A DNA stretch of 63,944 nucleotides, the filler included, from Octopus bimaculoides (Eukaryota), in assembly GCF_001194135.2 (NCBI RefSeq). It is 7 parts of 5 records of this genome, joined end to end, with 100 filler letters (N's around TTAATTAATTAA, not from the genome) between each part and the next. Parts side by side here need not be neighbours in the genome. Positions count along the whole stretch, not along the records: positions 23,559 to 54,167 come from NC_068983.1; 6 more parts are not named here. One strand, given 5' to 3'. The notes under the pieces are model-generated. The model searched no databases. It worked only from the letters and a program-made list of their open reading frames with translations, and was not told the DNA's origin. Of the stretch, positions 26,401 to 38,937 are shown in pieces. The first letter of the stretch is position 1; each line of letters starts with the position of its first letter. Made by a program: the position numbers and the translations under genes.

Positions 26401-27031
26401 AGTACTCTTGTTAAAACTAGATCTATGCACAAAGACTATTGTTTCTTTAAAGCAACTTTCATTGAGTTTTTTGGAGAATATGAAATTACAGTAATATTCA
26501 TGCTCTAACGGAACTAATTTTTGCAATAAGAATCCCACTTTTGTTTGTCTGACCATGATTTGCAATCTTGTTTAAAAATCTCCTTGGACCTTCTGTAGTG
26601 CGATGCAGAAGTTATACCTTCCTCTGGGTTATAACTGAATAATGAACTTACCTCATTTTTAGACTTCTTTGAATATAGCTCCAATAATTGTTGTTGCAGT
26701 TGTTGCTGTAATAGTTGCTTCTGCAGCTCCTGTTGCTGTTCTTGTTGCCTTTGTGGCTGTACTATGGAAGCTAATAGGTCTTCCATTATTTAACAAATTG
26801 TATCACGAACAAATTGTTAAATAACCTACATGAGCTTTGAAACCCTCGTCGCCAGATGTTGTAACGTGATTTGTTACGTACAATAAATAAGATAACCAGA
26901 CAACAGTAAAAACAATGTAACGATCTAACAAATCTCTTTATGAACCAACCGTCAATATTCGTTGTGAATGAACCAACCTATACCCTCCAACTTCACTGTG
27001 AACTAACATTAACTTCACTCGACTCCGAACT

Positions 27032-28903
27032 ATTTTCTTTATTATGAGCACATTGGTTCTATAAAGAAGGGACAATACAAGGACAGACAACACAACACAG
27101 TGAGGTACATTAAACATATCATCATCATCATCATCATCATCGTTTAACGTCCGCTTTCCATGCTAGCATGGGTTGGACGATTTGACTGAGGATATAACGA
27201 ATGAAATTATGAATATAATGATATAATGAAAAATGAAATGTCTTCCCTGCCCCTACATGCAGGTAGTGCCATTTAACTGTTTATGTATCAATATTAACTT
27301 ACAGTTCATTACTCTTTCTTTGCATCGTTTTATTTTTTTTTGTTTGTTTTAAAAGTCATTATTTTAAGATTTTAAATATTTCACATACTTTCATATCAAA
27401 TATTCTATTATATCCTCAAATGCCACCACTGGTGGCATCTCATCATATCGAACCTGTAACGGCGATATTTCAGTTTGTTCACCAAATAGTTCCTTTAACC
27501 ATTCACCTTTCTCTCAAGCAAGACCGACCTGTCGTCCTCGGTACACTCCCTCCCTGATAACTTGACTCTAATTACATTTTTCATTTTTGTAATCTTTCTC
27601 TCAATCTCTACACTCTTTTTATAGTTTATCATCGTTCGAATGTGTTTTCCTTTTGGTATCAACTCCTGTTTTCCGTTGTTATTCTCCCCTGATGTTCCTG
27701 GTATTGGTATCTCTCTTACTCTTTGTTGTTGCTATCTCTCTTCTCTCTTCCTTTCCTTTCTGAGCACTTCTTTCCTCCTCCGTAATTTTCCTTTTTGATA
27801 TTTCTGGTCTTTCACACTGATTCTCCTCTATGTTTTCTTTTCTCTTTTTCTGTAGACTTTTGGATGGTGAATTAACGTTTTCTTCTCTTTTCTTCTTTCT
27901 TTTTCCGAATGTATATTTTTCTCCTACATTTTCTATCTTTTTGCTTACTTGCATTTGTAACTCCACTCTTTGTTCCTCTTCCTCTTCCTGCTTCTCTTGT
28001 TCTACATCCTTTTCTTGTTGCTGGGGACACTTTGCTTTCATGTGTCCCCGTACTCCGAAGTGGTAGCAGATGGGAGGTCTTCCCTCCACTACCACTCTTT
28101 GTTTTATATCCTCGGGTAATACAATCTCTTCTACTATTTTGTGCAAATCTGATAAACTGATTTAGACCGCCACCTCGAGGCCGCATCCCCAATAGTTTAC
28201 CTCTGTTGTCCTTGTGACTTTCAGAATTTTTGTTTCCTCCTCCGTGTTGAAGAGGATGGCTGCCACCAGCCATACCTCATCGATCTCTGGGGGCACTCTG
28301 CCAATCCTAACTCTGGCCGCACGTTTGCCACTGTAGGTTGGCAGTAGTGTCCACTCTGACGACCTCAGTGGCACAGTGGAGTACTTTTCGGTCGCAAACC
28401 GAACCTCCACTGTGCCATACTTCTTTCCTCTAGTGTAGAATGTCGTGAATTCCTTTATGTCCTTTGGACATCATTCCTCCACTGCTTCCACCGTCGCTAT
28501 TTTCACCTTTTTACTTCATGTTGACAGCGTTCTATAGACTATTGTCCTTTTTGTTACCCTCTCCTCCACTTCTTTGGGTGATGTCAGCCTCAGGCTGGTA
28601 CCCTCTTTTACGATAAGTTCATTATACTTTTTAACTCCTTTCTCCTAGAATTGTATTTCTCTCACTTGCAATGCATCAACAAACAAACCTTTTCCGGCTG
28701 CTTCAGCATAGCTACCGACTGGTTGGGTTTCCATATTTTCGCCTGTTACAACTTCCCTCATAAATGGGGAAGAGAACAATCAAAAATAACAATTCCCCAA
28801 AAATTCATCTAATTAACAATAGGTACAGAATATACCTTCAACAATTTTTAAGCAATGCGACTTGCATCTAACCAGGATCAAAAATGATTAAGTCAAACAG
28901 CAA
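27032..28903 (-). mobile_element. ORF1-only L1/Tx1-like non-LTR element (HAL1-like), full-length copy
   Basis: About 170-bp 5' UTR. Decayed ORF from ATG 28734 (METQPVGSYAEAA) through GTVEVRF, EWTLLPTYSGK, VVEGRPPICYHFGVRGHMKAKCP and IERKITK to LKELFG, ending about 27395. 3' UTR ends aataaagaaaat. No APE or RT. AACT duplicated at the junctions. Confidence 0.8.
27115..27192 (+). mobile_element. Short repeat fragment with (CAT)n nested in the ORF1-only element
   Basis: catcatcatcgtttaacgtccgctttccatgc... is absent from the sister copy; a similar start occurs at 45405-45450. Confidence 0.6.
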
Positions 28904-30477
28904 AACTCTCAACTCACTCGGATCATTACTATTTATGCTTTACTTGGACCAGTCTATCTCTCGCAAGGGGTTGTTGTAACTCTCATCACAACAATGCTAA
29001 GCTTGTATAATTTCCATTGTTTTGGTTAATAGAAACATTGGGATTTATGGCTTCATGGTTTTATGGTTTTATTGGAAATATAAGTTCTGCTTTTACCTTC
29101 TCTATTAATTCTAGCCTTTCAATACGTAACTTTGTAACAGCTATGTTACTGATCTATCTAAATTTTGATATTTAACTGATATGAATTTATAATTTTTAGG
29201 GTTGTTACTGTTTATTGCCTAATCAACTTCCATTAGTCTAGTATACACATTATTTGTTTCTTTATGCCAACGCCATCTTCCTTTTAACTGTGTTGTCCAC
29301 TTCCTCTACTGGATGTATCCCAATCTGTTTCTTTTTAAGTATTTATAGGTTATGGTTGCTTGCACTGTAATTAAGGCAATATTTACAAATCAAATATTTT
29401 TTCCTTTCCTCTCCTCTGAAATTTTGCATTGAGCTTCACTATTCTCTACATTTTATCCTTAAGTTATTTTTCCCTGAATAATAATTAGTTGGGTTACCCT
29501 TACATAAAGCTAATATTCTATTAATTCCATATTAATTAGTTGGAAAACTTTAATCAAGAAGAATTAAGTTTATTAACCATGTCACTCCTTTGATATTTTA
29601 AACATTATAACACAACAAATGGATTTTCTTTGGAACAATATTGGCTATGATCTTCAACAAAGTTTTGAAATGTCATGCTTGGTGAATGCTATCTACTGGT
29701 TCTGTTAGTGTTAGGTCTTATGAGTGACATCACTAAGTTTAATGACATCTTTTGAACAGATATATTTTTTAGGTCAGGCACTGTGTCAGTTGTAACTACG
29801 AGTGTTCCACTTGATTTGATCAACAGAACAGCCTGCTCTTGAAATTAATGTGCAGGTGGCCAGAACACTCCACAAATATGCATACCTTTAGTGTAGTTCT
29901 CAAGAATATTCATCATGACACACCAGATGTGACAAGGCAGGACCATTGAACTACAGTTACATCTCATTTTTGCCAGTTGAGTGTACGGGAGCAATGGGAA
30001 ATAAATTTGATGCATTTTGCACCATTAACAAAGGGTTATTTACTTAAGTGACTGATTTGTGTCATTCCGTCTTCCCATTATGTAAGGTATTCTTCATTTT
30101 GATATGCTTTCATCCTTAATGGATCCCCTTAAACCAAATCCATTTATGTGTTTGTGTGTGCATGTGTGTGTGCATGTGTGTGTGTCTATATACATATATN
30201 NNNNNNNNNNNNNNNNNNNNNNNNNNNNNNNNNNNNNNNNNNNNNNNNNNNNNNNNNNNNNNNNNNNNNNNNNNNNNNNNNNNNNNNNNNNNNNNNNNNN
30301 NNNNNNNNNNNNNNNNNNNNNNNNNNNNNNNNNNNNNNNNNNNNNNNNNNNNNNNNNNNNNNNNNNNNNNNNNNNNNNNNNNNNNNNNNNNNNNNNNNNN
30401 NNNNNNNNNNNNNNNNNNNNNNNNNNNNNNNNNNNNNNNNNNNNNNNNNNNNNNNNNNNNNNNNNNNNNNNNNNNNN

Positions 30478-30514
<37 letters not shown>

Positions 30515-30519
<5 letters not shown>

Positions 30520-31203
30520 TAATCAAAGGACATACTAAGTCTGTCTACCTGCTGGAAATAACAGTCAAAACTCCTATTTAAATTGCCAAAATACACTGAT
30601 AATGACTACAGAAATCAACCATCCAAAGGCAAACAGGCTAAGACAATGTTCCAGCATACATCTAAGTATTTGGACTCACGTGAACTGGTTTCTGCACTGG
30701 CATAATAGCTTCAGCTTCCTTAGCATGCATTACCATGATAGCGACCCTCAACCTGTTGTGTTGAAGTCTGTGTTGCGACTGATTCATTTTGCGCTGAAAT
30801 CATGGCAGCCGCCAGTGTGAAAATAATTTCAATACAGAGCAACTAATTCATGAGAAATTATTTTTTCCTGAATTATTTGCTCCATATTGAAATTATTTTC
30901 ACACTGGTGGCTGCCATGATTTTGGCACAGAATGACTCAGTTGCAGAACAGACTTCAACATGGCAGGTTGGGAGTTGCTATCATGATAACGCTTGCTGAG
31001 GAAGCTGAGGCTATTATGCCAATACAGAAACCAGTCCACGTGAGTCCATATACTTGAATGTATGCTAGGAGAACGTCTTAGCCTGTTTGTCTTTGGACGG
31101 TTGATTTCTGTAGTTATTATCAGTGTATTTTGGCTACTTAAATAAGAGTTTTGACTGTTATTTCCAGAAAGTAGACATACTTAGCATTCCTTTGATTAAT
31201 TTT
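30515..31203. mobile_element. Foldback element with about 335-bp inverted arms
   Basis: 30515-30850 is an imperfect reverse complement of 30869-31203, with an 18-bp spacer. Confidence 0.9.
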
Positions 31204-31377
31204 AATCCTTCAGCTATTTAAGGCTTTTGGTGGGGACCTGTATTCGCCCACATTATTGATTCTGTTATTATCATTTTTAAATTGTTACACCAGATAATAA
31301 CAGTCAATGATATCTTCGCAAATTATTTTTTGTGAATTAGTTTTTTTCTCTTGAATTATTTGCTCCTAATTGAAATT

Positions 31378-31408
<31 letters not shown>

Positions 31409-31414
31409 CATATA

Positions 31415-32666
31415 TTAGGTTGTCTCACATAACAAGTTGCATTTGAAAAAGGAAGCATTAAAATTGTTTTTTAATTTTTAGAATATTTATTTATTTAATC
31501 AAACTATGATCCTTGTTCATTTATAACTTTTATCCAACGTTCCTGTAAGGCATATATTCCATCTTCAAAGAATTTGTCATCTTTTACACTGATAAACTGT
31601 TCAAATGCGTCAATTATCTCTTCTTTATTTAAGAATGTTTTATAGCAAGCTTGAAGGGTTTAAATATGTGATAATCAGTAGGAGAGATATCAAGAGAATA
31701 AGGACGATTTGCTAAAATTTCATAATTCAGGCTTTGCAATTTGTAGACTGTAGCTTGAAAAGTATGAGGTCATGCATTATCATGAAGCAAAATTTGGTCA
31801 TCTCTATTCACTAATCTGGGTTGCTTCTTTTTAAATTTTTCATGCATACAAACAACTTCTTGACAATAGGATGCTTCTGTTACAGTTTTTCCTTATTGCA
31901 AAAATGAATAATGAATAACCCCCTTTGTTGAGCACCATATAGTATCCATCAACTTTTTAGGGTGCAATGGTTTTGGGTAGTGTTTTGGTGACTCTCCTGC
32001 ATTTAACCACTGTCCTATCCTCCTGCTGTTATCGAAGAGTATCCATTTCTCATCACGCGTAATGAGGCGATACAAAAATGGTTCTCTTTCCAATCGAGAA
32101 ATCAACATGGAACACACTGTAAAGCATCGGTTTCTTTGAATCTCATTAAGTTGATGGGGAACAAACCTATCCATCTTTTCGACTTTTCCAATTTACTTCA
32201 AGTGTCGAGAAGCAGTTACGGGAGATGTCTGGAGCACTGATCCAATTTTTTGGACCATTGTTCTCGGTTTTCGTTTAACCAAAGCATTCAATTCATCATG
32301 CCAAATGACTGATTTTGGTCTCCCTCTTGATTCACTTTTAAGGTTTTCATTTCCTGACCAAAATCTTTGGAACCATCTCTGAACAGTTCCAATGTCAACA
32401 GAATCATTACCAAAAGCCCGCTTGATATTTCATAGAGCTTTATTGGCAGAGTGACCCAAATTGTATTCATACAAGAAAATTACTCGGTATTGTTCAGTTG
32501 TCATAATTGTCATAAGAGCTGTGGGTAGCAATTTTGAATGGTAGTATTGTCTAGAAAGAAAGAGTTAAGATTAAACACAAGCATATACATAGAAACTCAT
32601 TAAAATCCATTTATGGACGACTCATATGAAACCCATTTAAAATATATTTCATGTGAGACAACCTAA
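31415..32666 (-). mobile_element. Near full-length mariner transposon with decayed transposase
   Basis: 16-bp TIR ttaggttgtctcacat at both ends, TA flanks, 1252 bp; FVPHQL (WVPHEL motif), ITRDEKWILFDN, LHPKKLM. Confidence 0.92.
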
Positions 32667-32680
32667 TATATATATATAAA

Positions 32681-32781
32681 GAAAATAGGACAAGGTAGAA
32701 AATGCTAAAATAATTTTATCATGTACCTAAATGTTCTTCATGATAAAACTATTTCAGCATTTTCTACCTTGTCCTATTTTC
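32681..32781. repeat. Hairpin with 43-bp arms (MITE-like)
   Basis: 32681-32723 vs 32739-32781 with two mismatches and a 15-bp loop. Confidence 0.85.
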
Positions 32782-33930
32782 CTTATACATATCAACTTGT
32801 GTATTACTTTTCAACTTTCTACCTGGTATTTATAGTGTTAAACACTTTCGGTATGCTAATTAGGGATTCCTTCATAGAGTAACTACTCCATTTGCTGAGT
32901 ATATAAACAGTGTTTCTCTGGAGACTGTCAGAATGATGTGGATGCCTCTGATGAGAACCTAGTAAAGTTTGAAAGTTGATTAATGTTGTTTATTTTTTTC
33001 AGTCTGTGGAGAAATGGCTAAAATTTGCCTTGTTTGTAATTATACCATATGTTACACACACACACATACATACACACACACACACACACATATATATAGA
33101 CCTTACAATCGTGGGCCCAAAACACTTACTATTAAGTCACATACTTTCACATGAATAGTCAAAGGGCTATTCTATAATTCACAACACCACTTTGCTATCC
33201 ACCCTCATGATTGACAGATTGTAGTCCCAACGATTTTACATTTCTTAAAAGCTGGTAATCCTTATTTGAAATTTCACTTGTTGATGAACTGTTGATTTAT
33301 CAGCATGTCACTGCTCACATGTATATTTAGTAAGCCTGGTGAATTGAGAGTTGTGTAATGCATTGCATAATCTTATGGATATTGTATGTACTTCATACCT
33401 CACAGGATCCTGTTTACATGGCAATAAAGACTTTCAATGACAATTATAGCAGTATAAGATAACCCATTCATATGCTTTTACACCTCGCTTAAACTTTCAT
33501 TCATCCTTGGATACTATCAAAGTGCAAATTACCAACCAACAGCAAACTACCCTTCATTGATGTATTTTCTACTACGGCAGAGGATTATTTACTTAAGTGT
33601 ATAATTTGTATTCTTTATTTTGGTATGCTTCATCCTTAATGGAACCCCTTAAATCAAATCCATCTATGTATGTGTGTGTGTATGCCTATATATGTACGTG
33701 CATATACATATGTGTGTATGTGCGTGTGTGTGTGTATGTATGTGTGTATGTATGTAGGTAGGTAAGTATGCATTTACCATATTTCATTCCATAACTGCCA
33801 TCTATGTAAAGTACAGCATCACATAGTCGGGCTGTTATCTGTCTCTTTTTAACCCATGACACAAAGCCAATTGGTATGCTTTGATTAATGCATATATATG
33901 CTTATATATATACTTATATATATATATATA

Positions 33931-34182
33931 AATTTAAAAGAGAGTTTTGACGCTGATATCCATTATTATTGAAATTTATTCCTATGTCAACATTTCTGTA
34001 TAAGGCTATATTTAACTGTCAAATTTTCCCTGATGATGTGTAAGGTAAATTATACGTTTGACTTGTGTTTGACTTGAGTTTGACTTGAATTTGACAGTTA
34101 AATATAGCCTTATACAGAAATGTTGACATAGGAATAAATTTCAATAATAATGGATATCAGCGTCAAAACTCTCTATTAAATT
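33931..34182. mobile_element. MITE with about 95-bp near-perfect TIRs
   Basis: 33931-34025 is the reverse complement of 34088-34182 with about one mismatch; the spacer carries tandem tttgacttg units. Confidence 0.9.
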
Positions 34183-35454
34183 AAAATTTTGGATACATAA
34201 CCAAGGAGAACGATTCTTAAGGAGTCTACTTAAGACTTTTTGCAGAGAAATCCCTTGCTATATTGATAGCGATTACATGTTTTTCTCATCATCAACACAT
34301 TGTGGAGATATCATCATATGAACAAATATATATATATATATATATATATCACCATTATTTAGTACACAGTTTTCCATTCTTGTATGGAGCAGATGGACTT
34401 AGTTGAGTCATATTTTCTATGATTTGAAGCCTTTCCTGTTCCCAACTCACAATTCTTTCCAAGCAAAGTAATTTTTTCCCATAGTTAGAGGTGTCTTTTG
34501 TGGAAGATTGAGAAAAAATTAGCAAATTTGTTTGTATGATGTGCATTTACAACTATCATATGATGTGTAGACAAGAGTGCACACAAACACATGCACACAG
34601 ACATACATGAATTTACATACATATATACTTTTATATATTTATATGTGTGTGTGTGTGTGTGTGTGCATGTGTATGTATGTATGCCTGTGTGTGCATGTGT
34701 ATGTATGTACATATATATATATATGCACACACACATATATATATACACACACACAAACACATGTATATATACTTCAAACTATCCAGAGGGAAGTATCTTT
34801 TCTCATATTAATTTTCAGTTTTCTGATAAATTCTATGGTTAGGTAATTTTATAAACAAACATATAAACAATTACAAACAAGACTATTATATTTCATTTAA
34901 ATTTGCAAATCTAAATACCTTATTAGATAACATATCTTTCAGCTAAATACTATTATTGATAATAATTACACAATTAGTTAGTATAAATGGTACTTAATTT
35001 TTCAGATCGATTAACTAAGAATAGTAGAATTAAATGCTAGAATGCACTTGAGAATAAATATAAGTTTTCAACCAACACTGTATGTATAAATTAAAGTGAA
35101 TTAGGATGCACCAGACAATTGTAATTTTTGGAATGTTCTCAGGAATTAAGTACCATGTATAAATGTCTATGGAGACATTATATTCATAGCCACTAGAATG
35201 CAGTGAAGCCCTCAATTTCAGTGGCTTATTGTAACGTAGTTACTTGTCACCAATTATTGTAGTATCGCCAATTGTTATGACAATACTTCTTTTTATACTA
35301 TAACAGTGTAGTAACAATAAGCATATAACGAAGCAGGGTAACAACAATGTAACAAGCCAACAAACTCTCTATGAACTATACATGAATCAACAAACGATAT
35401 TCCGACAAATTACCAAAGCAACACATGATTTCCTGCAATTAACGCCTGCTCTCT

Positions 35455-36937
35455 ATTTCTTTATTTTGGCAATGCAACCATTCACACAGAGGGGACAGCA
35501 CAAGGACAGACAGAACACCACAGTGGGGACAAAAAACATAAAACGAATGAAAAAATGAAAAAAATGTATGATGAACTGGCTGCATTGAGCCCCACTCTTA
35601 AGCAGTACCATTTAACTGCTAATTTATACAATTTTTGAAAGTCTTTTTCTTTTTGCACCTTTTTTTTTTTCCATTTTTAAAAAGTCTTTTTTTTTTTTTC
35701 TTTTAAAGGACTCCTCTATTACCACTCATTAAGGGTATTAATTCTTCATATTTAATTACTTTTGGTAGTTCCTCAAATTCAATCTCTTCCCCCCAAAGGG
35801 TTCACCTCATCTCCAAATAGTTCTTTCAATCTTTGATATATTTCCTTGTCAGTCACCATACCTTTGATGTGTTTCGGGTAACTTTCTGTTGGCTGTTTAA
35901 TCCTTATGGCACCTTTAAACTTCGTTATTTTCCGTTCTATGGCGGTACTTTTCACATATGTGACTACATGCCATTTTTTCTTATTCCCATTTACTTGTTT
36001 ATGCCACAGAGACCTGGGCCGTCCGGTTAGTCGTTTCCCTTGGTTCCTCCATGTGTACATCAGAATAATCATCCACGATTATGTCTTCCACCCTATGTTG
36101 CGATGCTTCTACTGGTATATCTGACCAGTTCCTCGGTACCTCCTCTATTTCCTTCATTCTTTTTTGGTTCTCTGGCAGAGAGCTCAACCGCTCTTTCCTC
36201 TTTAACCTATTTATGACAGTAAATGGCTCCTCTTTATTTTCCTTTTTTCCGGTCTCTCCTCTTCGGCGGGTTGTCTTTCGTGTTGTTGTTCCTCTATTTT
36301 ACCTTCTTGCTGAGGGCATCTTGCTTACATGTACCCTCTTTGTTTACATAAAAAACGTGTTGGAGGTCTTCCCTCCACCACCGCTCTTAACATAATGTCT
36401 TTTGGTAGAAGAATCTCTTCTACAATTCCGTAGGTGTAGGTCTTTTAACCTAACTTGAATCACCATCTCTACTTAGTCCCAGCAATTAACTTTCTTCGTT
36501 CTGGTTGTCTTCAGAATCCTTACATCTTCCTCCATTCTGTGCATGACTGCTGCCACCAGCCATGCCTCTTCGATCGCGGTGTGCACTCTGCAGACTCTCA
36601 TTCTGGCAACATGTTTGCCACAGTACGTCGGCAGCAGCACCCACTCTTGTGTCCTTATCGTCTCAGTGGAGTGGTTAATAGCGTCCTCTTCGCTGGAGAA
36701 CTTGACCTCCACTGTTCCGTATTTCCTTCCACGTGTATAAAAGGTGGTTAGTCCTTTCACGTCCCGTAGACATTCCTCAATTACCTGTATTTGGGAAATC
36801 TCTTTTTTTTTTTGTAGAAGTAGATAGTGTCTTGTATACTACCGTCTTCCTTGCAATATACTTCGTCACTTCTTCTGTTGGGGGTCATATTTAAGCTGGT
36901 CCCTTCCTTTTGTAACAATTTGTATCCTTCTTTCCAC
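35455..36937 (-). mobile_element. ORF1-only L1/Tx1-like element, second copy, 5'-truncated
   Basis: RGRKYGTVEVKF, EWVLLPTYCGK, VVEGRPP, IERKITK and LKELFG as in 27032-28903; homologous 3' UTR ending aataaagaaat; 5' junction ambiguous (36930-36943). Confidence 0.8.
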
Positions 36938-38937
36938 TTCTTTCTCACTCAGACCGCTACTATTTGTAGTCGTTCGGTCAAGTCTATTCTCGCAGGGTGT
37001 GTTATGACTCTCGCCACAATATCTCCCCTTTTGAGATTTTGACTTCCTTAGGAAATGAAATTAATTTTTTTTCCTTTCTTTTCAACAACTCTCCCTTTTT
37101 GAAATTTTGCGTCCCTAGTGAGTTCAGTACCTTTTCCGCTTAGGAATTATTTCTAAATGTTCAGTCTATTTACGTTTTCTGCTACTGCTCCTTCCAGGTT
37201 AAACCTCTTTCGGTGCTAGCACATCGAATATATCGTAAAACACTCCCAATGGAATTTCCTTCCTTTCTTCTGAATGTCTGATTTTTAATTCATTTAGGTG
37301 TCGTTTATACTCCCATCTTTGGCCTTTTATTATATACATCATGTTTCCAATTCTTTTAGTCACTACACCATCCTACTAACTCTCTTCGCCGTTTTTGTAT
37401 ACTTTGAAATGGACTTTGTCAACGGCATCAAAATATTTAGTTGATTTTTTTGTATTTTTTTCCTTTGGCAACAATTTATCGAAGATCGATTTAATATTTC
37501 GAGCAAAAAGCTCTGCAGGCAACTTGCCTGAACTGGTATTTGGACTGGCCATTATTTTGTACATCCTTAAGAATTTAGTTAGCATTTTGCCATTTCCTAA
37601 CTCCTTTCTTGCTTTTCTTTTGCGCTCGCTTGAAGGTATCTACGAATCTTTCTGCTTGCTCATTTGACCTTGGGTGGTTGGGTGGGGTAAACATGTGCTT
37701 GATTACATGCATTTTGCAGAATTTCTTGAACTCGTATCCTGTAAATTGTGCTCCATTGTCCGATGCTATGGTGTTCAGAACACCGTATCGATCAAAAAGT
37801 TCATGCAAGAACTTTATTGTTGCTTTCGAGGTAGGTTGACTGCAACGACATACTTCCAGCCACTTGGTAAAGCTATCAACAATGATCATGTAGTACGTGC
37901 CATTCGCTGGTTCAGCGTAGTCTATATGTACGCAGGGCTACGGACTATCCATCTCAAACCATGATTGGTATTTCACCGGTGGTGCTTTGGTTGCTAACAC
38001 ACAACTTCTACATGATTTTACCAAATTCTCAATGTCCCAGTCCGTTGCCAGCCAATACACGTAACTCCTCATCAAAGCTTTCATTCTTGACATACCCGGG
38101 TGTCCATTATGAAATTCATGTAATATCCATTTCTGTAGGGCAATTAATACAACCGCTCTTTGTACGTACATTACTACATCATCGCAGAGTGAAAAATGTT
38201 TCGCATTCATGTTTCTCTTTTGTTTATGTTTCAAGGTTTCCCTCATTTGTGTGATGTATTTGTCCTCTGCTGATTTACTTTTTATATATTGTATAGTCAC
38301 TTGCAACTCCTGAATGACATTACACATAAAGTTTTTAATTTCCTTCTCTGATTGTAATGCAGCTATCACCATATCTTCCAGAAGTTCCGCATTCTTTGGA
38401 ATTAGCCTAGATAAACCATCCGCATGGCCAATTTTCTTAGAAGGAATGTACTTCATCTTAAAGTTGTGATTTAACAATATTGTACCCCAGTGTTGTAATC
38501 TGTTAGCTGTATGGATAAGAATTATTTTCTTTGATCCAAAAATTGATAGTAACGGTCAGTATTCTGTCTGAAGCCGAAAACTTCTACTTTGAAGAAATCT
38601 GTGAAATTTCTTCACGGTAAAAATAATCGCTACAGCTTCTTTCTCTATCTGACTGTAGTTTTTTCTGCTGCAATCAGAGAACATGAAGCATGAACCACTG
38701 CCTTCATAGTACCATGTTTGTTTGTGTAGCAAAGCTGCTCCTACACCATATTCAGAAGCATCAGAAGCGTCAACAATCTCCGCTGCAGGATCGAAATGAG
38801 CCAGCGTCAAATCCGAAATTAATATTTTCTGAATATTGTGAAACGCTTTTCGACAGTTATTTGACCAATTGCATTTAGCATCTTTCTTTGGAGCTCTCGG
38901 TTCATACATATTTGGCATGTAATTTTGATAATAGTTC

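Larger units (their letters stand above)
24471..28993 (-). mobile_element. Gypsy (Mag-like) LTR retrotransposon 1, internally deleted, 5' LTR interrupted
   Basis: 3' LTR 24471-24731; PPT AAAAGGGGAGA 24742-24732; integrase remnants (SPWSRIHIDYAGP, SDNGTQF) about 25300-26000; gag start MEDLLASIVQ at 26786; PBS TGGCGACGAGG 26854-26844; 5' LTR split into 26857-27031 and 28904-28993; TSD ATACT/ATGCT. Confidence 0.92.
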
